Source: Verrucomicrobiota bacterium (GTDB lineage: Bacteria > Verrucomicrobiota > Verrucomicrobiia > Opitutales > Cerasicoccaceae). Taken from it: a stretch of 64,000 nt of DNA. Shown here one piece after another: positions 56,367 through 64,000 of this stretch; position 1 is the stretch's first letter, and each line of letters starts with the position of its first letter. The stretch spans positions 288,001 to 352,000 of the forward strand of contig JBCBUK010000001.1 in NCBI GenBank assembly GCA_039818205.1, read 5' to 3'. Below the pieces are notes generated by a model that did no database searches, was not told the origin of the DNA, and was given only the letters and a program-made list of their open reading frames with translations. The translations under genes were made by a program, and so were the position numbers.

Positions 56367-57506
56367 TCAAGGCAATTCTCGGATTAATGTTTCGACAAAG
56401 CGATCTTCAAATTGTTGTAGCGTATGATTTTCCAAAACCCGTCGACGTTGTTCTTCAACGAGCGCTCCTGGTTTCTTTATCGCCATTTTTAGGGCTTCGA
56501 TAAGCTTCGATTCGTCTCCGTGCGGGTATCGCCAAGCTTCGGGAAGGAAATCATGCATACCATCATTGTCCGACCCAACAATTGGAACACCGCAAGCAGC
56601 AGCTTCCAGCATAACGAGTGGGACTCCTTCAAACCGAGACGGGATCAGGAGGCAATCGAGGGCCGGATAGAGTCGCTCGGGGTGCTTCTCCCATTGTCGT
56701 AAAACGACTCGATCTCCCATGTTCAATTCTCCGATGAGCTGAGTCATTCGAGAATGATCTGGACCATCTCCGACCAGAAGCAGCTTCGCTTCGCCAAGCT
56801 CGCCAGTCCATCGCGACATCGCCCTTAACAAGAAGTCTTGTTGCTTCTGATTGTATTCTACGCGCCCAAAGAGGCCGAGCAGGAGGCCGTCGGGCAATCC
56901 CTGCTGCTTACGAAACTCATCAGTATTACCCTGCAAGAAACGACCGGTATCGATGCCATTCTCAACAATATGGATTGGAGCATTCGCACCACGTTGACGT
57001 AGCATGTCCGAAATGCATTGGCTAATGGTCATCCAAGCATCTGGCACTCGAAACAAATACCCAGTTGTATGGTCTCGCAGAGCGCCGAGTTTGGCGCCCA
57101 TCTGCGCCATGGTATGAGCAACGGGAATATAGCTCATAAGGCGACATTCCGCCTTTTTGGCCGCAAGCATTGCGAGCGAGCTATCTTCAATCTCGCCTTG
57201 AAGGCAAACAACCAAATCCGGTGCCAAACCCGTGAACAGATTCGTCAGTTCATGATAAGCTCGACCCGAGACATGGTTACGCAGCGCCTGAAATTTTTTG
57301 GTGACCGCCGGCGCATATACTACCTCGAGGTTACCACCTTGCTTCTTAATGAGGTCCGTTTGTGCAACCAGCCGTTCGTTGCGTGGATTCAGCACAAACG
57401 TGGATCGGAACTGATCCGAACGGTTTGCCGCCGCAATGCCTCGAATCGCCATAAACTGATGACCGCCAAAATCGGGATTGTCGTCGTAAAATACGATGTG
57501 CTTCAT
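56367..57506 (-). CDS. Glycosyltransferase family 4
   Basis: FGG, ENGID, GRV...QK, VGDGP, PSRFEGVPLVMLEAAACGVP. Confidence 0.9.
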   Translation of the reverse strand: MKHIVFYDDNPDFGGHQFMAIRGIAAANRSDQFRSTFVLNPRNERLVAQTDLIKKQGGNLEVVYAPAVTKKFQALRNHVSGRAYHELTNLFTGLAPDLVVCLQGEIEDSSLAMLAAKKAECRLMSYIPVAHTMAQMGAKLGALRDHTTGYLFRVPDAWMTISQCISDMLRQRGANAPIHIVENGIDTGRFLQGNTDEFRKQQGLPDGLLLGLFGRVEYNQKQQDFLLRAMSRWTGELGEAKLLLVGDGPDHSRMTQLIGELNMGDRVVLRQWEKHPERLYPALDCLLIPSRFEGVPLVMLEAAACGVPIVGSDNDGMHDFLPEAWRYPHGDESKLIEALKMAIKKPGALVEEQRRRVLENHTLQQFEDRFVETLIRELP

Positions 57507-57508
57507 AG

Positions 57509-58822
57509 TTACTCAGGGCTGAACGCAAAATTAAATTGAGGTTTCTCCGCTCGTCCCAATACCCAATCATAAACCTGTCGCATCTGCCGGGCCTTCGCTG
57601 GCCACGTAAAGTTCTCCCGCACGAATCGACAAGCACGATCACCACGAGCTCGAACCTCTTCTGGATCGCTCACGAGTTCCTTTAGCACGTGTGTGAAGCC
57701 ATTCCGCAGATCGACAGTATTGTTGAAGGGCACACGCCAACCACAATCTTCTGGCAATAGCTCAGTTGGTCCAGCGTAGTCCGCAACCACTGGCGCAAGC
57801 CCGAGTGCCATGGCTTCCAAGACAACTCCACCGCCAAACTCTCTCACACTGGGAAAGGCAAAAACATCGGATTGTCGCAAACGCTCATGCAATTGCTCAT
57901 GCGGAATCCAACCCAAAAGATTTACCGACTCCTCCAGGTGATGCACCGCAACCAAATCCTTCAAGCGCCCCATCTCTGAACCGTCGCCAATAATATCCAG
58001 GTGCACGCGGTGGGTCTTCAGCAATGGAATTGCTGCCTCAAGCAACGTAACCGCTCCCTTGTAGGGAACCAATCGACCGACAAAAGCTATCTTCAAACAC
58101 CCATTCATAGCTGGCTTTTCTGACATCGGAAACCGAGTGGGATCGATTGCATTCTCCGGTATGTACACCGCTTTATCTCGTCGATCACTCGTGGTAACCG
58201 TCTCGCCAAAGGTATGATCAGAAGCCAACAAGAGCGCATCAGCAAGATCTCTTGTCTTGTTCAACCCCGGAGTGAGCTTGTAAAGGCCACGAACATAGCT
58301 CAACCACTCCTTCTCCTGTCGACGAATCTCATCAAAACCGGCCGGCCAAGGCACGCCACCGTTCAGTGGCCCTACTACAAATGGAACCTTGGCTCGGTGG
58401 AGTCGCTTTGCAATCGGACTTGATGTTGTTGGGCTCAAGGGTGTCACCCGGTGAACCAGGTCGAACTCACCATTATTGATCCGAGCCTCAATCATACGCC
58501 AAAGCTTCTTTTCAAAAACCGGATAAGCCAAGTTGTAGAAAGCAGAATAAATTGTCCACCCAAGGGTCTCACCGCCCCGCAAAATTTTTGCCACCTTAAA
58601 CGCCAGCCCCTGCATCTTGCGGTTGTCGACTGCCAGCAACCGATCGGTTGGAAAGCCTGATTCGATAATGGCGTCCCGATTACGCAGTTCAGTTGCCAAT
58701 TGAATGTCGGCCACCTCCAATAAAGCCTGGCTAAGCGAGTAGCCAATCAACGCAACACTGGTCAAACGAGGATTTGCTGCTTCGGCAATTACAAGAACCC
58801 GAGGTTGGCGTTCGTCAGTCAT
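57509..58822 (-). CDS. Glycosyltransferase family 4
   Basis: AEAANP, ENAID, FVGRLVPYKG, FPSVREFGGGVVLEAMALG. Confidence 0.9.
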   Translation of the reverse strand: MTDERQPRVLVIAEAANPRLTSVALIGYSLSQALLEVADIQLATELRNRDAIIESGFPTDRLLAVDNRKMQGLAFKVAKILRGGETLGWTIYSAFYNLAYPVFEKKLWRMIEARINNGEFDLVHRVTPLSPTTSSPIAKRLHRAKVPFVVGPLNGGVPWPAGFDEIRRQEKEWLSYVRGLYKLTPGLNKTRDLADALLLASDHTFGETVTTSDRRDKAVYIPENAIDPTRFPMSEKPAMNGCLKIAFVGRLVPYKGAVTLLEAAIPLLKTHRVHLDIIGDGSEMGRLKDLVAVHHLEESVNLLGWIPHEQLHERLRQSDVFAFPSVREFGGGVVLEAMALGLAPVVADYAGPTELLPEDCGWRVPFNNTVDLRNGFTHVLKELVSDPEEVRARGDRACRFVRENFTWPAKARQMRQVYDWVLGRAEKPQFNFAFSPE

Positions 58823-58843
58823 AATTAAGTTGGCCTGAATTCA

Positions 58844-60355
58844 TTAGGTATTGTTACCGTCTCGGCAAAGCAATTCAAGATCAGGTTTTGGCTCAATCAA
58901 ACGTGGTCGTGGTCGGCCGACCGGAACACTCGTTGCTTCTGATATCTCATTATTTTGCGCCTGTTGTCGCTTACCGTCCCAAGTTGCAGGACGGTACCCC
59001 TGCCGACGCCATACCTCGATCCGCATCAGCACTCCAACAAAGACCATCCAAGTCGTGATGTTCTTAGTCTGCGTGAGGACCCGCTCGAGGTTACTGTGCA
59101 AATAGGTGATGCCAAAGGCCACTCCGATGCCAAGACACAAGAAGCCCAGCATTGATTTTCGAAAATGCCATACTCCGCGAAAACACCAATAAAGCGTGCA
59201 GGCTTCAAACAAGATAAACGCAGCCAGGGCCAAATAGCCCGTTTCAGCCAAGATCAACCAATAGTGACTCTCGGTCAGTGGATTCGCATAATAATGCTCG
59301 GCCACGATGGTGTGACCACGGTTTGCATTCCACGCCTCAAGTAGCTTGCTGTAACGTGCGCCTTCTGGTCGGCTGTTGGCTATTCCAAAGCTATTCCAAC
59401 CGACCCCAATAAACGAGTCGTCCAGCATGGCCTTGGACTGTTGACTCAGAATCCATCGTAGATCATTCTCTGGTCCGGAGTCTTCGGAAGATTCAAAGCG
59501 GTTGACGAGGGTATCCATCGCCAGCAGCAGAACAATGCCACCAGCAGATCCCATGAGCACCAATACTCCCAAGCGCTTCATGGTAATGCCACGTAGAAAA
59601 CTAACCCCAAGAACGAATATAGCCCCCACTCCCATTGCGGCTAACGAGGCACGGCTCACCGAAAACACAATGCTCAACCCGGCTGCTCCAAAGCCAATGA
59701 AATACCACAGAGAATCTCGAAAGCGGATATCTTTGGCCAATGAAACTGCCAGTAGTGGAAGGCCGACGAAATAACACCACATCGCCATCGGATTTTGGTG
59801 CTCAAACCAAGCCGGAATTTGATAACGGCCCTCAAGGTACCGCATCTTGATACATACAAGAACGTTGATCACCAGGGCCAATGCGAAGGCTCGCAATATC
59901 CACAGGATATCCTCCTCATCCTCAATCGCCAAACAAACCCCTACCGCGACAACGAATATCATCGCGAACTTCCATGCAGCCATCAGCCCATAAAGCGGTT
60001 CGAATGCGATCGGTAATGACAGGCAGGCGGCAAATAGGTAGAGCCCATAGGCGACAACACCGGGTAGGCGAAAGAGCGGTTTCTTACCTCGAGTAATTGC
60101 CGCAAGGATGAAGCCAAAGCCAACCATCCAAAGTATATTGAACTCGAATCCTTTTGTATGACCGCGATACCAATCAATCGAATACAGATTCAAGGTAAAG
60201 TTTCCCGGCGGTCGGACCAATAGCAAAACAATCCCGGCCAGGATCATTCGTCGCCAGACTTTGCTCTGGTTCACCAGATAGGCGACTACTAGCGGGACAA
60301 CTGCCATGCCCGTTAGAATAACCATTAACTTGATCAACAACTTGACTACTTCCAT
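58844..60355 (-). CDS. O-antigen ligase/Wzy_C family polysaccharide polymerase
   Basis: Many TM helices; FEHQN, SVSRAS, R-W...GVGWNSF, LAETG. Confidence 0.8.
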   Translation of the reverse strand: MEVVKLLIKLMVILTGMAVVPLVVAYLVNQSKVWRRMILAGIVLLLVRPPGNFTLNLYSIDWYRGHTKGFEFNILWMVGFGFILAAITRGKKPLFRLPGVVAYGLYLFAACLSLPIAFEPLYGLMAAWKFAMIFVVAVGVCLAIEDEEDILWILRAFALALVINVLVCIKMRYLEGRYQIPAWFEHQNPMAMWCYFVGLPLLAVSLAKDIRFRDSLWYFIGFGAAGLSIVFSVSRASLAAMGVGAIFVLGVSFLRGITMKRLGVLVLMGSAGGIVLLLAMDTLVNRFESSEDSGPENDLRWILSQQSKAMLDDSFIGVGWNSFGIANSRPEGARYSKLLEAWNANRGHTIVAEHYYANPLTESHYWLILAETGYLALAAFILFEACTLYWCFRGVWHFRKSMLGFLCLGIGVAFGITYLHSNLERVLTQTKNITTWMVFVGVLMRIEVWRRQGYRPATWDGKRQQAQNNEISEATSVPVGRPRPRLIEPKPDLELLCRDGNNT

Positions 60356-60939
60356 GGGTCCAGCGTCTCAAGTATCTCCAATGTCGCTGGAGAGGTCAAC
60401 GGCTGATCACCCAAGGATTGAACCACAAGAAGAATTGGCTCTTCGCCAGCCAACCCGAAGGTCAATCGCCTCGCAGTTGCCTTGCCCCAAAAGCTTATCG
60501 GAGACACAAACCATTGGTCCGGAGTGCTGAACCAGAAAAGTGCATGTCGCTGCTCCCCGTCACGCTCAAGGATAAGGGACTGAACTGTGCCCCGCCTAGT
60601 TTCCAAGGACTGTTCACCCATAATCTTCCATCCCGAGCCAACAAAACAATATCGCGGATCGTGTACTGCGTGCCGGTTTCGTGATCCATCAATCGCCGAG
60701 AACAAGAACGGATCGCCAGAATGGGGATAAACAACCTTCTTGATAGCCGAGGCATCACCGAGCAGCTCACGCTCCTGGTCAGTCAGCGGAGTCTCTTGAC
60801 TTCGGAACGAACGGTCCGCAGTCGGGATCGACAGCAACTGTTCGACGGCATCCTTCTGTGGTAAAAATTCAACGACTAGGGTTAAAAGAATCCCAAGAAT
60901 ACTGATGACCCAAAGAATGCGACTTTGCCAGGCTTTCAC
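60346..60939 (-). CDS. Exosortase-associated EpsI-like protein
   Basis: One N-terminal TM; RHAVHDPRYCFVGSGW (H-x-P-x-x-C...GW), LFWF; GTG start overlapping the upstream stop. Confidence 0.82.
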   Translation of the reverse strand: MKAWQSRILWVISILGILLTLVVEFLPQKDAVEQLLSIPTADRSFRSQETPLTDQERELLGDASAIKKVVYPHSGDPFLFSAIDGSRNRHAVHDPRYCFVGSGWKIMGEQSLETRRGTVQSLILERDGEQRHALFWFSTPDQWFVSPISFWGKATARRLTFGLAGEEPILLVVQSLGDQPLTSPATLEILETLDPWK

Positions 60940-61415
60940 TTGAGTCCTCCCTTCCACCATTTATATGAGAACGCCAGGCTTACAACCAGAAGACCGGACC
61001 GCAGCGGCCAGCCATTTCCTGGAATCTCGCGCGCAAGCCACCCAGTCGCGGGTAGCCATGAGAGCATTCCCGCTAGCCACAGCCACTTCCAAAATCCACC
61101 GGAGACCTGACCACCAACCGCCAAACCCAACGCCACGTGACGCGCGATATTCAGCGAGCCAAATATGCCAATCAGACAGGACAAAAGAGACAAAATCAAC
61201 AAGATGAAGTCAGGCTCCCAGCGCCCAGTTCGGATCTGCCTAGTCAAAACCGCAATGAGTGGAATCAGCCAAATGAGAAAAATCCAAACGGATCCCCGGG
61301 CATAAACATCGCTCTGCCAAATATCCGACAAGTTGCGAGCTGACCAAATACACAAACCGAGGACAAACAGGCTGGGCGCCCATGATTGACTATCCAAGCG
61401 CTTCGACTGATTCAT
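60936..61415 (-). CDS. Integral membrane protein resembling the non-catalytic N-terminal half of an exosortase
   Basis: Several TM segments; LSDIWQSDVYARG..FLIWLIP resembles exosortase N-termini; no Cys/Arg/His triad motifs. Confidence 0.6.
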   Translation of the reverse strand: MNQSKRLDSQSWAPSLFVLGLCIWSARNLSDIWQSDVYARGSVWIFLIWLIPLIAVLTRQIRTGRWEPDFILLILSLLSCLIGIFGSLNIARHVALGLAVGGQVSGGFWKWLWLAGMLSWLPATGWLAREIPGNGWPLRSGLLVVSLAFSYKWWKGGLK

Positions 61416-62215
61416 GATGAATGCGCCTCTCGCACACTGGGTTGAATCTGCCGAGCCAAGGTCACACAGCCGCCAAACATGATCCCTAGAACCAACAAAG
61501 CGCCCCAGGTGTGAAAAAATCCACTGGCAAACTGACTTCCCCAGGTAAGCGCAACTGCGGTGATAACGCAGATTCGCAGGGTGTTCGCAATCCAGGCCAA
61601 CGGAAACAACAAAACCAGAAACAGCCAGTATCGCCGTTGACCAGCGAGGAGAATGAATCCGACCGCTGCACCCGTCAAGAGCAACGCCGGTAGCAGATTC
61701 ATCCCTGCACAGGCGGCTTCAATTGCAACGGGCAAACCCTGGATGTCTAGCAAAGTACCTTCACGTTTGATCGAAAAACCTAAGAATGAAAACAACGCCT
61801 CTGAAACCCATGCGCCGCTTAGCCGAAAATACCACCCCAAGGCCGTCAAATCCACCGCGACCCAAGGAAACGAGAAAAACGGAATCATCGCCCAGGCCAT
61901 TCGATAGCGAGGCCCAGCACTGAAAACGCTCAACCACGAAACCAGGAGGATGGTCCAGCCGAGAGCCGTCAACAACAAGAGCTCCCCGATTAGCCCAAAA
62001 GCAAATGAGCAAGCGCCAAACGCCACGAGAGCCGGTTGCGGTTTCCGACTATCGTGCAACCATTGCCAGGGGCGGCCAAGCCAGTAAGCCAAAACGAAAC
62101 CAATGAGCAAGGGATAGGTATTATCCGCGGGCAAGCGTTGAATCATAGGTCTCGTCCAGGCGACAATGCACAGTCCAACTAGCCCTGCACCAGTTATCCA
62201 AGCCAAAGGCTTCAC
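61412..62215 (-). CDS. Exosortase/archaeosortase family transpeptidase
   Basis: Catalytic triad motifs IEAACAG (Cys), ANTLRI (Arg), FFHTWG (His); REG; multiple TM helices. Confidence 0.92.
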   Translation of the reverse strand: MKPLAWITGAGLVGLCIVAWTRPMIQRLPADNTYPLLIGFVLAYWLGRPWQWLHDSRKPQPALVAFGACSFAFGLIGELLLLTALGWTILLVSWLSVFSAGPRYRMAWAMIPFFSFPWVAVDLTALGWYFRLSGAWVSEALFSFLGFSIKREGTLLDIQGLPVAIEAACAGMNLLPALLLTGAAVGFILLAGQRRYWLFLVLLFPLAWIANTLRICVITAVALTWGSQFASGFFHTWGALLVLGIMFGGCVTLARQIQPSVREAHSS

Positions 62216-63999
62216 TGCGTTGCCTCCGCTTGATTGATCGCCTGAAGGTTTCGGTAGAAGGTTGGCTCGTTGGGGTGCTCATTGATCAGTGTTTCTGTCA
62301 GCGCGCGTGCCTTGGCCCAATTCTGAGCTTGAAACGCTTGGTTGGCAAAAAAGACTTTAGCCTCTGTTGATTCTCCCAATATCGACTCGTAAAGCGCGCT
62401 CGCAGTATCGACTTCGTCGCGGCTAAGGGCCATGCGGGCTAGAATTTCTTTGCCTCGCAAAGTCTCTGACCAGCTAGGGTGTCGATCAACCAATTGCTGC
62501 AGGCGCTCCCACTCGCTCTTTGATGCATAATGAATGGCGATCAGCATGCCGGCACGATCACCGATAGCCCCCTCCTCTGCCAACAAGGCTTCCCATAGTT
62601 CGACAGCCGCATCCGCCTGGTCATTCAGCCACAGGAGTTCCCCCTTCAGCAAGCGAATCGATGGATCATCGGTGCTAGAATTCAAGCGCTCGACCGCCGC
62701 CTCAGCGGAAACAAGTTGCCGACGAGCCTGCGCTTGACCATAATCAAACCAAGCAGGTTGGCCGGCTTCAATCTCGTCAAACTGAATCGCAGTAGAAATC
62801 CACCCCTCGGCAAGAAATGCCGCTGCCCAAGCACTGGAACCATCCAAAACTCGATCTATCGAACTCGAAATTTCTTCACCATTTAGGGTGACCAATAGAT
62901 GATAGAATTGGTGATCATCATCACGTGGCGACAATCCCTGATCCGCCGTCACCGCCTGCTCCCATCGAAACAAAAGAATCAACCGAAGGGCTTGCTTTAG
63001 GCGCGGTGCCCAGGAGCGATCGGCAAACGGATCACCGCGCAATAGCTGGAGCGCTTGCCCATCATCGTCATCGGCCAACATCTGCAGTAGCCGAAGCCAA
63101 TAAGTTTCCTGCCGCTGCTCCAAAATCTTACTCGCATAAGGAAGTCCGTCATAGGCTTCAGTATTCCACCAGCGATCTTTCGGAATCGACTCCAGGTAAT
63201 GGGCATACTCTGCAAAGGGCCCAGTGTTCGGCGCATCCGGAAGCGTGTTCCCAAAGCCAGTCACTCGTTGCCAAAACCATGCTTTAATCCAGAACTCGGC
63301 AACACCAGTCTTTTCGTAGGCATCGATCCAACTATCGATGGCAAAAACATACTGCTGGTGACGGCGGTAAAACTCTCCGAGCTGGTCCCAGAACAAGGGT
63401 GATTCCGGGCTTAGCAAAACGGAACGAACATAGTCGGCATGCGCCCCATCGAGCTCACCAAGACTCTCCAGTATCTGGCCGCGAAAGGCCAACGCATCTG
63501 GGTTATCGGCGGCGGCCGAAACCGATTCGTCAACGAGTCTCATTACCTCCCGCGGATCGCTTGTTGAGAGGATCGAAAGGCGGAGTAGTCGATTCGACTC
63601 GTGTCGTCCATCAAACTGATGCTGTTGCAACAATTCCTTTGCCTCCAAATTCTCACCAGCAACGATCAAAGCATCAGCCTCCAAGAACACCCATGCGGCT
63701 TCCTGGGTTCGATCCGCCTGCCAGGCGTCATCGAGCTGGTCATAGATCGTTGAGTCTCGTTCATGTACTGCAGCCCGCGCCAGCAAGAGCGCTTCTTCTT
63801 CGGTCTTAGCTATGTTTTGCCCACCGCGAATCTGCCTCAAGGTGAATGCGTCACTATTCGCAACTGCATTTTCGATCTGAGCGATTTCAATGCGGTTCAA
63901 CCAATCGTCACGCTCGACCTCCTGAGGCAAGTGTTCGGCGAGTAGGCGAACCCGCGTATAATCTTGAGCTTCCCAAGCGCGGTGCAGATCCACATTAGT
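62212..63999 (-). CDS. Tetratricopeptide-repeat protein (5' end outside the window)
   Basis: TPR-like helices (NPDALAFRGQILESLG, PESPLFWDQLG, HPNEPTFYRNL); frame stays open to the window edge. Confidence 0.75.
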   Translation of the reverse strand, partial: TNVDLHRAWEAQDYTRVRLLAEHLPQEVERDDWLNRIEIAQIENAVANSDAFTLRQIRGGQNIAKTEEEALLLARAAVHERDSTIYDQLDDAWQADRTQEAAWVFLEADALIVAGENLEAKELLQQHQFDGRHESNRLLRLSILSTSDPREVMRLVDESVSAAADNPDALAFRGQILESLGELDGAHADYVRSVLLSPESPLFWDQLGEFYRRHQQYVFAIDSWIDAYEKTGVAEFWIKAWFWQRVTGFGNTLPDAPNTGPFAEYAHYLESIPKDRWWNTEAYDGLPYASKILEQRQETYWLRLLQMLADDDDGQALQLLRGDPFADRSWAPRLKQALRLILLFRWEQAVTADQGLSPRDDDHQFYHLLVTLNGEEISSSIDRVLDGSSAWAAAFLAEGWISTAIQFDEIEAGQPAWFDYGQAQARRQLVSAEAAVERLNSSTDDPSIRLLKGELLWLNDQADAAVELWEALLAEEGAIGDRAGMLIAIHYASKSEWERLQQLVDRHPSWSETLRGKEILARMALSRDEVDTASALYESILGESTEAKVFFANQAFQAQNWAKARALTETLINEHPNEPTFYRNLQAINQAEATQ

Positions 64000-64000
64000 C

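Overview
A gene-dense bacterial chromosomal window. The PEP-CTERM/exosortase system, a shared 'Y-x-x-W ... S-x-x-L-x-x-W ... F-x-R-L' protein tail and algal galactan hydrolases suggest a marine Verrucomicrobiota (Opitutales-like); this is inference. From left to right: (1) a core block with pilT, dapA, dapB, ruvA and an ECF sigma/anti-sigma pair; (2) polysaccharide-degrading genes (GH105, sialate O-acetylesterase, modular GH16 porphyranase-like enzyme); (3) tRNA-His; (4) a patchy accessory region with an Ig-like surface protein, a YbcL/AraC pair, an AT-rich orphan immunity-like gene, a chimeric serine hydrolase, a ~2000-aa QSIGGGGG-repeat protein ending in PEP-CTERM, an ABM/unknown/OprB/guanine deaminase cluster, a GT1 glycosyltransferase, a Tat-exported LodA/GoxA CTQ oxidase with LodB and a divergent secreted RidA, an orphan response regulator and a GH86 enzyme; (5) a tightly coupled 8-gene ebo-type operon that lacks a recognisable eboA and is led by two exported proteins (YdjY-like and prenyltransferase/squalene-oxidase-repeat) and an 87-aa unknown; (6) a lactonase; (7) a long exosortase/EpsI/exopolysaccharide operon ending in uridine kinase and phosphatidylserine decarboxylase. 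The best candidates for undescribed systems are the extended ebo operon, the psd-linked exosortase operon, the putative verrucomicrobial sorting domain found at either protein terminus, the purine cluster and the oxidase/RidA pair. All functional calls come from motif recognition by eye; no database searches were run. No CRISPR array, rRNA, transposase or integrase was seen.
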